A stretch of 64,000 nt of DNA. Origin: Octopus bimaculoides. Taxonomy: Eukaryota. Within the stretch, counting starts at the first letter, position 1. The number at the start of each line of letters is the position of its first letter. The notes under the pieces were generated by a model. That model did no database searches and was not told the DNA's origin. It saw only the letters and a list, made by a program, of their open reading frames with translations. The position numbers and the translations under genes are program-made. The DNA lies in assembly GCF_001194135.2 (NCBI RefSeq), contig NC_068990.1, positions 18,692,916-18,756,915 on the forward strand, written 5' to 3'. Positions 52,149-64,000 of this stretch are shown piece by piece.

Positions 52149-53239
52149 CACACACACGTACACACACGTACACACACACACACACATATACATACATACA
52201 GCTTGCCTTCGTATTATTTTCAGTTTTCTGCAGAGATTGTCGATGCTTAATTGGTCCCATTGTTGATCGTTATGGACAATTATTTGAAAGATAAATTTTG
52301 AAGGAACCTACTTAGAGAGTTCGTTGGTAGAGATATCCATAATGAATCTTTTTGCTGTGACTACGTATTTCTAAAAGAATTTGGATCGTTAATTCCGCCC
52401 CATATCGATGTCCATCTTTCAATAAGAATGAATTTTATCCAGAATGTTTAGTCTTCGTATTTTAGTAAAAGGGGAACCTCTTACTTGCTGTAGAAAACCC
52501 TATCGATATTCATTTGAAATATTTTTTGTATTATTTTTCAAATTAGAAGCTGTCATGACGGCTTATGCGATTGAGTACCTGCTGGCTGAGGAATGGTTTG
52601 TACATAACCTAATGGAATGGGTGTTTGGCTCATGCACATGAAGTCATGAAATCGATTTCTGCCTTGTATGCTGTGACATCTCTTCCTATCTGCATGAGTA
52701 CACTCGTAGATCTTTCACTGACTGTATGGGAGAGCAGATATAGTTTACATGTTCTGTGCTCAATTCCATGCAGGCAAATAAAACGTTACTTGAATGCATA
52801 TCAGCCCCTACATACACATGCAGGTGACGGTTGGCTTTGCAGTTGTCTTAAATTATGTTCAGTTTAAAATCAGTCATCGTTGAAGGTAGGTTTTATTAAA
52901 GCATTCCACCCGTAGCGATGGCATATTTCGTTTTTGTATTGCAAATCCACGGCTAAATTATACAATGTGCCCTTTAGTTTTAAAGACGCTAGAGGGTAAT
53001 TTAAGATTCCCAGTTATAGATGTTATTAATTTAAGATTCCCAGTTATAGATTCCCAGTTATATAGTTATAAAAGTATATGGTCTTCCGTTAACACATGTT
53101 GAAATGGTTTTGGATGAAGACTTGAGCTCTGCATTGTCGTTAGCCTCGATGTGAAATTGAATAGTTTCCCCACGGTCCGCTAATACTATCGCACATTTGA
53201 ATATGCATATGTGAGCGTGTGTGCGTGCGTGTATGTATG

Positions 53240-53299
<60 letters not shown>

Positions 53300-53640
53300 T
53301 ACATATATATGTCAGTGGCACGATACACGGCATTCTTAGTCGTTTCCTTCTCATTGTTTGTCTCTCTCTCAGTTTCATCCAGGAGAACAGTCTATATTAT
53401 AGACATTCACTGACAACGAGAAGGGAGCCTTAAAATCTCATGGACGTTGATAGCATATTTTTAGTATGAGTAGAATGTGACTTTGGTGTCGCATTTTCAT
53501 TCGTACACTAAATGTTCACTGTGCACGGAGTGAACTTTGTTAGAGGTGTAAGAGCCAGAGTTCAGTTCAAATAGTTTCCCACAGCTCCAAACTAGAATGG
53601 GTGGATTTACTCCATTTTTCAATTCATAGGAATCAAAGTC

Positions 53641-53904
53641 AACTGCAGCATGGAAGGTGTTCATAAGCCATTTAAAAACACACAAAGACCGTTAGATTTA
53701 CTTCAACTTTTAAATTTAATTTCTCAAAATATTTTCGTCGCTTTGAAACCAATGTTCACTAACAAAATTTCTTGCTGCAGCACGAAATTTTGTCAGTGAA
53801 GAGGTCACGAAAATATTTTGACAAATTAAATTTAAAAGTTGAAGTGAATCTAACGGTTTTTGTGTGTTTTTAAATGGCTTATGAACACCTTCCACGCTGC
53901 AATT
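53641..53904. mobile_element. Long near-perfect palindromic element (fold-back MITE-like)
   Basis: Arms of about 137 and 127 bp around a central TGCTGCAGCA (53773-53782), with few substitutions and one ~10-bp indel. Confidence 0.85.
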
Positions 53905-54718
53905 GTTTTCGTTCCAGCACACGATCTCAGATCAAGTCATTTGCTATGCAAGTACTTGGTCGTAAAGAATCAAAATGTTTCTTGAAACATATAATAAAAC
54001 GAAAGGAGAATACATCTTATTAACTAGGGTGAATGAACTATGCGATATATCTGGAGTGATATATATAGCGGAAGATGAAGGTCGCACGTTTGCGAATGCT
54101 AGTGTTTCGTAGTCAGCGATGTAAAATTTATTACAAGTATTTTTGTTTGCCAAATTGGCAATTGCTTTTCCATTAATCTTGTTTTGAATACTAATAGATA
54201 TGTGTCTCCTTCAGAAATTACTTGTTAGTAAACCACTAGACGTTCCCTCTGTAGTTTCATCGAGTTAGGCATCGCTCGGGGTTGTGATAATATCAGAAGA
54301 CCGAAAAAAATGATGATGATAGCCAGTCGCCAACTGATTACAGAAATGTCCTGCAGCGCTTGCTGGATGTAGATAATAAACAATATGTATGTATATATGA
54401 ATTAGCATTCACTGCAGCAGCTGTCGATTATATAGACTAGAAATTGCTACATGCAGCAATAACAGTAGTCTTGATACTATTCAGCGAGATCCGGTGTACA
54501 CCCTCCGTTCTGACAGGAATGCATTCTTATGTATATAGCTTTAAAATGATTTAGCTAGTGAGAAAAGGGGGAAAAAGTGTATATACATATTTACATATAT
54601 TTACATTTATGAATATATGCATATATGCTTTTGGTCAACGTCTGAATACATTGTGAAAATGAGATGTTATACTGGTATCAAATATGTACGCATATATATG
54701 TATGTATGTGTATGTTTA

Positions 54719-54757
<39 letters not shown>

Positions 54758-54769
54758 CGAGTAAATATA

Positions 54770-54834
<65 letters not shown>

Positions 54835-55039
54835 ACACACATATAAATATATACACGTACGTGGGTGTGTATGGGTGCATGTGTTATGCACGTATGATGC
54901 ATGTATGCGTGTGCGTGCGTGTGTACATACACGGAAAACGATACTGTTGATAATGTTGAAAATCAAGGAATGTATTTTGTAGTAAAACGAGCAGACAATC
55001 CGACAACATTTGTAAACACATCAATGTTATACTATTCAC

Positions 55040-55126
55040 CATCTAGCTGCAATGCGGTCAAGACAGCTTCAAACAATTTTTGCAGCAATCTCGGGTTATC
55101 GTTCATGTACAAAACTGCACGACCTT
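55040..55126 (-). CDS. Candidate internal exon (87 nt, phase 1-1), product unknown
   Basis: TTTAAACCAG| (x)GRAVLYMNDNPRLLQKLFEAVLTALQLD(G) |GTGAAT. Protein-like composition and elevated GC; no homolog recognised. Confidence 0.3.
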
Positions 55127-55164
55127 CTGGTTTAAATCCGAAATTCATGAAATATTATGAATTG

Positions 55165-55550
55165 CTATTCTGTCTTTAACGAAATCCGCTCAGTTTTTAG
55201 TGGGCCTGAGGCTATAATAGAATATGCTTGTCCAAGGTGCTACGCAGTGAGATTGAACTCAGAACCATGCGGTTGGAAAGCAAACTTCTTACTTCTTTAT
55301 TGCTCACAAGGGGTTAAACATAGAGGGGACAAACAAGGACAGACAGAGGGATTAAGTCGATTACATCGACCCCAGTGCGTAACTGGTACTTAATTTATCG
55401 ACCCCGAAAGGATGAAAGGCAAAGTCGACTTCGGCGGAATTTGAACTCAGAACGTAACGGCAGACGAAATACCGCTAAGCATTCCGCCCGGTGTGCTAAC
55501 AAATCTGCCAGCTAGCCGCCTTCTTACCAGAAACCCATAACTGCGCGTAT
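55165..55550 (-). mobile_element. SINE family B head, interrupted by a family A insertion
   Basis: GAGGCTATAATAGAATATGCTTGTCCAAGGTGCTACGCAGTGAGATTGAACTCAGAACCATGCGGTTGG..CTTCTTAC resumes as CAGAAACCCATAACTGCGCG after 55527. Confidence 0.8.
55293..55519 (-). mobile_element. SINE family A, full-length young copy, 8-bp TSD
   Basis: Best-preserved copy. CTTCTTAC at 55285-55292 and 55520-55527. Confidence 0.9.
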
Positions 55551-55890
55551 TTCTTCAGAATTTCCTGAGATATTTTAGATTTTATGTTTGTATCACGAGG
55601 CATTATCAAATATTAAATTTTCCTCTTGCAGAAATGGACACATGGGAAGACATTCCTTGTTTCTTACTAGAGCTTGATGTGAGCTGAATAAATGGGGCAG
55701 TAAATACAAATTGCACAATGGATGTTTCATCAATAAAATATCTTTAAATTGAAATCTCCTTGAGCCGATTTTCACGATACCTGATAAAATTTAGACGATT
55801 CTGGATATTTCTCCGAGAATGCCGTAGTATTTTTCATAACTTTATGGTTACGTACTAGTGATTAGTGTTGCGTATATTTGTATGTTGTCG

Positions 55891-56252
55891 AGGCACAATG
55901 GCCCATTGGTTAGGGCAGCGGACTCGCGGCCGTAGGATCGCGGTTTCGATTCCCAGACCGGGCGTTCTCGGTGTTTATTGAGCGACAACACCTAAAGCCC
56001 CACGTGGCGAACCTCACTGTACTCTCTCACCACAACTTTCTCTCACTCTTTCTTCCTCTTTCTGTTGTACCTGTATTTCAAAGGGCCAGCCTTGTCACAC
56101 TCTGTGTCACGCTGAATCGCTCCGAGAACTACGTTAAGGATACACGTGTCTGTGGAGTGCTCAGCCACTTGCACGTTAATTTCACGAGCAGGCTGTTCCG
56201 TTGATCGGATCAACTGGAACCCTTATCGTCGGAAACTATGGAGTGCCACAAT
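55891..56252 (+). mobile_element. tRNA(Arg)-like-headed SINE, family C (resembles octopus OR-type SINEs)
   Basis: GGCACAATGGCCCATTGGTTAGGGCAGCGGACTCGCGG..GGTTTCGATTCCCAGACCGGG head with A and B boxes, followed by about 290 bp of non-tRNA body. The family name is from memory. Confidence 0.8.
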
Positions 56253-56897
56253 ATTTGTATGTGACTACTTCATACAAAGATATCTGTACTTCTATATACA
56301 TAAAAGAGAATTGCCACATACACAGCGAGCCTTTACACAAAGTTTTGATGGGCTGTCATGCACCTACTTTTCCTAATTTGCCAAATAGTTTTCTAACGCA
56401 TAACGCATAGTATTAAATTGTACATGAGCCCATCAACCACTACGTTAACAGACTGGGTGTATGTGTGTATGTATGTGTATGTGTGTGCGTGTGTGTGTTA
56501 TTGCATATATGTGTGCATTCATACATAGATGTATACTCATATATATATATATATACGTACATGCATATAATAGGTTCCTTATATATATATATATATATAT
56601 TACACTATTTATACATATATATATATATGCATACACACACAAACACACACAGACGCACTGATATATATGTACATGCATGTATGTGTGTACGCATGTATGT
56701 AACTTACTCGAAATATTGAATAAAATGTCAACAATATAATATGAGTTCGTCCAAACGTGACTGTTATGATATATTTGGTTCACATAGACAATGCATAAGA
56801 AACTAAATAAGATAAACTGTTGTATTACACTGTCTGGACGTGTAAAGTAATACCAGTCTGCTTCTTCGTCAGGTTCTTCTTCTTCTTCTTCTTCTTC

Positions 56898-56935
<38 letters not shown>

Positions 56936-56941
56936 GAGAGA

Positions 56942-56981
<40 letters not shown>

Positions 56982-57122
56982 GAGAGCTCAAATACAATTC
57001 AAGAATGGGAGACGTGAATTTAAATTCGTTAACTTATAACATCTGCAGCCATTTGTTTGGTTTGTTTTTTTTCTTTTCAACAACTCTTTCTTATCTCATT
57101 TTCGAATGTACATATACACACA

Positions 57123-57179
<57 letters not shown>

Positions 57180-58862
57180 GCACACTCATAAAGTGAAAGT
57201 CTCACAAAGTGTCACATATATTCTTTAAGCTCTTGCTGCTTTGTATCAACATTTTTCTGGTTTGTTGTCCTCTTTCTTTAGGTTTTTGTTTTCTTTCTCA
57301 TGTGTGTTTTTAACTAATCGCCATGTTTACATAATGTGTTTTCGATTCCTATGGGCTGCTTTCAACTTTTCCTTCCACACTTTTTAAGCTCAACATTTAT
57401 AGGCTATTAGTTAAGGCGTTATGTGCTTCGCGTTCACACACACTCACACACACGCAGACATACAGACAGACAGACAGACACACATTATTTATAACAGTTT
57501 GGTTCGGCTGCATACGACTTAGAGTTTCGCAGACGACTAACGGAAACATTATCGTTAATGTAAAGTTCGTTGGTAATCCATAAATCCCGAAAGTGACGGG
57601 ATTCTGTAAGAGACCCGCGAAATTTTAAGTCGCACGGAGCCGAATAAACCTTTTTAAATGATACTTGAAACTCCTGCTAAATGTGTTGAGTGCCCGTTTC
57701 TTTTGTTTGTCCACTCAATCCTACACACACACACACGCACACACACACACACACACACACATACACACATACACATACACACACACATATACACCACACA
57801 ACTTATCATAGCTAGAAACTATTAATTGTCATTCCACCATAATAAGATCCCCAAGTGAAGACCATATTATGGAATGTATGTAATCAGCATGAACCATGAA
57901 CTCTTTAACATGTTCAACCTTACCAGAACGGAGGACATCTCAGAAGAACGAGACCCCCAGATATAAAAGATTCATGCTCAATAACCATATTAAACATATA
58001 TTCCCCTCGTCAGCTGCCTAGGACACATCGCTATAGTTTCGAAACCTGAGCAGGACTATTCAATGCGGCGGTGTCAATAGCATTAAAAATATAAACGCTG
58101 TCGGGATATCAACAGAAAAGTAGCGAAACACTAGCGTAATATGTGCGGTACGCTTATTTAAATCCCAACATCTAATATAAACAAAATTCTATCAGCTAGA
58201 AATTAAGATGTAGTATCTATAGAAAATGGAAATTAGTTCCCCAAAAGACTTTGCTATCTCAAAAACTACAGAATAAAGTAGAACCAGCAAGCTATATTGG
58301 ATAACAAACTTACTGATTAATTAATGAACATAGACCAATACATGTGCTGTTTTGCACTCTATAACACTTTCCAAACATGGAAATATACCAAGAATAAACC
58401 GAATGTAAACTAGCGGAACCTTTTGACCAGCGACCTTGAACCGCGCGGAAGGAAATAAAATATAAAACATAAATATCTATTAAATATATGTCTAATGATA
58501 GAAAATAAATTAACCAAACAAATTGCTAATTAAAAGTAAATAGAATGTAAAGTATAAGCTATACATATGACAAAACCTTCCAAATTATAACAAATTACTA
58601 ATATAAATAAAACGACGTGACTGCAAACACAAACTGAATAGCTTTCCATTTAAGCATACAGCATTAAATGCTTACAGTTTGGACATAGCTCAAACAGAAC
58701 CAATAACTAATGAATAAACATAATTATAGAATATATTTAAACTAATATTTTCACCTGAAACGCATACAAAAATGGCTAAAACAAACAAATCATATTGAAA
58801 ATATTTTTCATTTAAATTAAGTAAAGACCATATGCTGCGAAGAAAATAACGAAATCACTCAC

Positions 58863-58875
58863 GTGTTAGCGACAT
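58863..58875 (-). CDS. Candidate first coding exon (M-S-L-T-, phase 1) or 15-nt microexon 58863-58877
   Basis: TCTTTTGGTTTCTCGCAG CG ATG TCG CTA ACA C|GTGAGT: strong donor plus an upstream pyrimidine tract/AG. Confidence 0.35.
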
Positions 58876-58937
58876 CGCTGCGAGAAACCAAAAGACGGTT
58901 AACATTCAACAGGTAGAAGTCTATTCTATCCTTCTAA

Positions 58938-58958
58938 CGGAAGTGATGTTGTACGCAA
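58938..58958. promoter_or_regulatory. ETS-type motif plus bZIP-like motif, putative proximal promoter
   Basis: CGGAAGTGA (58938-58946) and TTGTACGCAA (58949-58958), about 65-85 bp upstream of the candidate ATG on the minus strand. Confidence 0.3.
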
Positions 58959-60224
58959 TAAGATATGACAAGCAACTCACAAACTGCAAAATAACGACTT
59001 AACTTTCACACTTAATTAAAACTAATCGCTTCTAAGAACTCCGCTGAATAGCAAACTGTTGATCATTCTATATTTTCTCAAAATTTCACTCTCCCTCCCA
59101 AAGCGACAATTAGAACATTTACTTAATCTTTTCTTATGGTAATCCTGTTTCTCCATTTGTATAGATAACTTTTTAATTCTCTCCAAGCACATTCCAACTT
59201 CATTTATAATTCTATCGTATCTAATAACCTGAATGGAAAATTCTTACCAGGAATTTTACTTTTCGCCGAGAGTAAAAATCAATGCGAAAATAAAATTATG
59301 AGTTTTATTTTAAGTACTTGTCATAAAAGCTTTTTTTTCTTTTTCATACGCCATGGAAACCGGGCCCATGAGCCTGGGTAGGCTTTAGAATGGGCGTATA
59401 AATGAAAAATAGAACACTGTACCAGTAACACTAGATATACCTTCTTCGACTCATTTCAAATTAGAATGCAGTGTAGGAAAATCATTGACATGCCTGGTTT
59501 GAATTACTTCAGTTGTTTACAACTTGTTAACAATTTTGTTGGTAGATCTTATACTAGAAAACAAGCTATGGCTGTAGGGTTAGAATTCATGTGCGCCAGG
59601 GTGTTTGTGTGCGTGCTTTATATTACAGATACAAATGTCTTGGTTTTTAAACATTTTTATTAATGAATTTCTTTTTCATGTTTAGTTAAAACCATTCCGT
59701 ATATTTAGTTTGGAGCAACATCGTTTGTAAGTCTATTAAAGTTTCGAAACCATCCCGGTATCGTCCTCTGCAAGAAGTTGTAACAGTAACGTTACGCTTG
59801 CTCTGTTCCCTGTGGAGGCATCAATTGATCACAGTAATGAAACTGTACCTCATGAAACCTACGTTTGACTAGAAAGTGTTAAACCGTTAACTTCAAGTTA
59901 TTTAAGTAGTTTATTGCAGGATTACTGTATCTGTGTTTCAAAATTTTGTTTGTATTCTACATTCAATAGAACTTCCATTGCTAAGCTCATGTCCGTGGAT
60001 ATCTACATAGAATTGTAGATATCAGTTAACGTTTTCTGTTTAGCTAATGTTATCTGCTAATGTTTTTTTCTATTAACTTCTTTTTTCCTGCATATGTGTA
60101 TTTCTGTTTGTGTATGTGTGTACACATAAACACACACTTACGCACCTCCGCGCACACACACACACATACACACGCACACACACACATACACACACACACA
60201 CACACACACAGATAAATGGATACA

Positions 60225-60385
60225 CACGCGGTTCGGTTGAAAATTTGCAATTCCATGATCCAAGGCACGATTGCACGGTGTGACATGACGGTAAAATGTC
60301 ACATATATAGCCTGCATTCTACAAATGTATGTGAGTAAAATTAGGTAGATGGAAACTGTATTGAAGCTCTTCACTGTACATTTAT
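60225..60385 (+). mobile_element. SINE family B, degenerate head/body
   Basis: TGTGAGTAAAATTAGGTAGATGGAAACTGTATTGAAGC resembles the family B body. Confidence 0.45.
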
Positions 60386-60779
60386 GCACACGAGCATGGA
60401 TACGCGCTCGCGCACACACATACACACACATTTGAGTGTATGTGTATGTGATGTGTATAGATGCATGCATATACCTCTACATATATAAAATAAATACATC
60501 TATGTGTACTCGTGTAGTATACGTGTGCATATGTGAGTGCTTGAACGCATACAGAATATCTTGGTTGGAACGTTTAGTCTATCACTTAAAATCTTAACTA
60601 CGGGTAATTCACAGATGGTTGTGCAGTTAACACCGCCTATCTTCGGGTGTCTTAAGTCTTGTCACGGATCACTTTACTCTCGACTTTCACCTGGTGAAGT
60701 TAAAAGGAATTTATCTTATTATGAATTATAGAAAATAAAAATAAAACTACTAACAGCTTAAATGAAACTTAGTAATGGT

Positions 60780-61703
60780 AAAAAAAACATACACAAATAC
60801 ACACACGCGCTTACACACAGAAATACATACAAGCATTCACACACATACACACACACGCACGTACACACACATACACGCACAAATACACACACATTCACGC
60901 ATACATACACGCACATACACAATCGCCCATAATTACACATGCACACACACCCACACACACACAAACACACACGCATACACACGCATACACACACATGCAC
61001 TCACAAATACCCACGCACGCGCGTACACATACATACACACACAAGCATGCACATGCAAATACACACACACAAGCATACACACATATATGCATACATGCAC
61101 GCACGCACACGCACACGCGCGCACACGCACACGCGCGCACGCACGCACGCTTGCACACACACGCATAAACACACAAACACAACACACACACACATACACA
61201 CACATATTGTTCTTTTATGTTTTACTTCTCTCAGTCATTGGACCGCGGCCATGCTGGATCGGTTCGAAAGGTTTATTCGAACGAATCAATCCTTTTCTTT
61301 CGTAATTACTGTATCCATCTTTTGTCGAAATTCTAGGTCACGCAAACGTAAACACACCAACTCCGGTTATCAAGCTATTTTGGGGGACAAAGACAAATAG
61401 AAAAACACAACATACTGCATATACACACATACACGCACCACACACACGCGCGCACCACACACACACACACCACAGACATACACACGTGCCATATACACAC
61501 ACGCACCACACACACCATACACACACACACAAACACACACATTTATATAAACCATTCATACATACATTCATACACACACATAGACACACACACACATACG
61601 CACACACACACAAGCACGCACACACACACATGCAAGCACGCACACAAACACACACAGAGCCACACACAAACACTGTTTCTCACACACACACATACACAGT
61701 CAT

Positions 61704-61734
<31 letters not shown>

Positions 61735-61735
61735 T
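60780..61735. repeat. Degenerate (CA)-rich low-complexity tracts
   Basis: Directly visible; source of many H/T and C/V ORFs. Confidence 0.9.
61215..61405 (-). mobile_element. SINE family B, 3' half
   Basis: TCAGTCATTGGACCGCGGCCATGCTGG..CGTAAACACACCAAC..GGGGGACAAAGAC. Confidence 0.8.
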
Positions 61736-61794
61736 ATTTTAAACATTTCGTGCACCAAATTTAATCACAAACGTTAGTCTGTTCCGGCTATATT

Positions 61795-62012
61795 CTTTTC
61801 TACTCGAGGCACAAGGCCAGGAATATGTGGGGAGGGGGCCAGTCAATTAGATCGACTCCAGTACGCGACTGGTACTTAATTCATCGACTCCGAAAGGATG
61901 TAAGGCATAGTCGACCTCGGCAGAATTTGAACTCAGAACGTAAAGTCAGACGAAATATCGCTAAGCATTTCGCCAGGCGTGCTAACGGTTCTGTCACCTC
62001 GCCGCCTTCTAC
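61795..62012 (-). mobile_element. SINE family A with near-perfect 12-bp TSD
   Basis: Flanked by TCCGGCTATATT (61783-61794) and TCCGGCCATATT (62013-62024). Confidence 0.9.
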
Positions 62013-62361
62013 TCCGGCCATATTACAAAACACCCAAACATAGAAACACACAAACACATAAAAACATGCAGAATTTATTATTATACGCAACAGGCCACGT
62101 GTCTCTAATCGAAAGGAGTATTACACGGAGCATGTATTTATTAATCTGTACCGTGACTGAATATTCTCTAATTTGCTTGCCATCTGTGACGCTATTATAC
62201 ATCCATCTATATGCATATAAATGTGTTTGCATCCGTATATATGAGTAGGGGTATGTATGTGTGTCCGCTCTTTCGTGCGAGTGAATATATGCCTGCGTGT
62301 GTGTGCATTTATGCGTGCCTATGCTGTATGAGTGTATTATATGTATGAATATATATTTTTT

Positions 62362-62749
62362 ATCCTTTTACTTGTTTCAGTCATTTGACCGCGGCCGTGC
62401 TGGTGCACCGCCGTTTTTAGAATCGACCCAAGGACTTATTCTTTGTAAGCCTAGTACTTATCTATCGGTCTCTTTGCCGAACAACGGTTGTCAGGTGATG
62501 GAGGGGGGACAAACAGAGACAGACATAAACATACAAACACACACACATACATACATACACACATAGACACGCATATGCACACAAATATATATGTATATTT
62601 GACGGGCTTCTTTCAGTTTTCGTCCACCAAATCCATTTGCAATGCTTCGGTTGTCCCGAGGCTATAATAAAAGACACTTGGTCAAGGTACCACACTGTGA
62701 GACAGAACCTGAAACCATGTGGTTCGGAAGCACGACCACTCCTGCGCCT
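62362..62749 (-). mobile_element. SINE family B, near full length
   Basis: Tail TTTTACTTGTTTCAGTCATTTGACCGCGGCC.., internal (CA)/(TA) tract, head ..GAACCTGAAACCATGTGGTTCGGAAGCACGACCACTCCTGCGCCT. Confidence 0.9.
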
Positions 62750-62783
62750 ATATATATATATGTGTGTGTGTGGGTGTGTGTGC

Positions 62784-62825
<42 letters not shown>

Positions 62826-63164
62826 NNNNNNNNNNNNNNNNNNNNNNNNNNNNNNNNNNNNNNNNNNNNNNNNNNNNNNNNNNNNNNNNNNNNNNNNNNN
62901 NNNNNNNNNNNNNNNNNNNNNNNNNNNNNNNNNNNNNNNNNNNNNNNNNNNNNNNNNNNNNNNNNNNNNNNNNNNNNNNNNNNNNNNNNNNNNNNNNNNN
63001 NNNNNNNNNNNNNNNNNNNNNNNNNNNNNTATATATATATATATATATATATATTTGCATTGCGCTGATTCGTTGGTCATACTGCAGCAACAGTAGTCCA
63101 AATAGAGTCAGCATTTTGTGATACATAGAATTAAAGTTGCAAAAAGAAAAAAAAACACATGTGT

Positions 63165-63405
63165 GTGCATGTGTGTATATATTGATTGATATAGATAGAC
63201 ACTCTTGTATAAATATATGTGCGTGTGCGTGGGTACACATTGATAGATATGAATAGATGCACACATGTATATGTATATGTTTGTGTGTATGTGTGTATAT
63301 ATTGATAGATTGATGTAAATAGATATACACACATGCATATATATGTATGTGTGTATGTGTGTATACATTGCCAGATATAAATAGATACACACACATGTAT
63401 GTGTG
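63165..63405. repeat. Degenerate ~60-62-bp minisatellite, about 4 copies
   Basis: Recurring unit ~TGTGTGTATGTGTGTATACATTGATAGATATAAATAGATACACACATGTATAT. Confidence 0.7.
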
Positions 63406-64000
63406 TTTGACTTCATATGCACGTATATATACTAGGTATATGCACCGACATCAGCAGTGCGTCTCTCATGTAGTTTGTACTTTCTGCATCTACGGCTACT
63501 ACTTTCTATAGGTGTGTGCGTTCGTGTGTATGAGTGCTTGTGTGCTTCTTAATATGTGATTCAACTTGTTTGTGATTCTGTGAATTTCTGTGCAAGATAA
63601 ATTCATTGGTAGTTTAAGAGATTGATAAATCGGTAGACAGACAACGTAATAGAGAAATAGAGAGACAAACAGGCAGACAGATGTATAGGTAGATAGATAG
63701 ATAGACAGACAAACACATAAAGGGGGTGTTTAATTAGACATAAAGGTAAATACATGTATCTTCAAGGTGTATATATGATTTAGTATATATCTGAATGTAA
63801 TACAAGATCTTTCCTTTCGTTGATGGAACCCGTAACGAATATGAATTGCGAAATCCGTTACAAAGTATCTAAACGATAAACTTTGTGTATATCTGTATTT
63901 TAGATGAGTGAATATTTATTTAGGAAGATCTTACTGATCTGCTGGAATATAAAAGTCTATGTACAAGTTTGGAATTTGCAAAGTTTTGCTTGAATATATA

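Noticed and set aside
53060-53200. Minus-strand peptide IVLADRGETIQ resembling the Harbinger/ISL2EU 'MADRGF' motif
   Set aside because: Single short motif with non-matching flanks, and it runs directly into a microsatellite.
55892-55965. tRNA-like sequence as a true tRNA gene
   Set aside because: The stems are imperfect and it continues into a SINE body, so it is the SINE head.

Overview
Eukaryotic, AT-rich draft-assembly DNA with about 18 N-gaps (roughly 6.5-7 kb) and very dense microsatellites. The repeat content (three tRNA-derived SINE families, many Tc1/mariner relics) looks like a coleoid cephalopod, most likely Octopus; this is inferred from recalled repeat families, not from a search. 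No protein-coding gene could be identified by homology. Almost all ORFs in the supplied track are artefacts of N-runs or simple repeats. Recognisable coding remnants are all transposon-derived: Tc1, mariner DD34D, a maT/DD37D-like element and a Gypsy integrase C-terminus. The notable structures are: a mariner element built from two inward-facing 5' ends; four long fold-back (palindromic) elements; a non-autonomous DNA transposon with 26-bp TIRs and an 8-bp TSD; a Penelope-type hammerhead core; a SINE nested in a SINE with an exact TSD; an apparent 9-of-9 orientation bias in one SINE family; and a candidate minus-strand promoter/first exon near 58.9 kb with a phase-compatible exon at 55.1 kb. 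There are no CRISPR arrays, rRNA genes or true tRNA genes. I found no convincing new biological system; the window reads as intronic/intergenic repeat landscape with a few unverified exon candidates.
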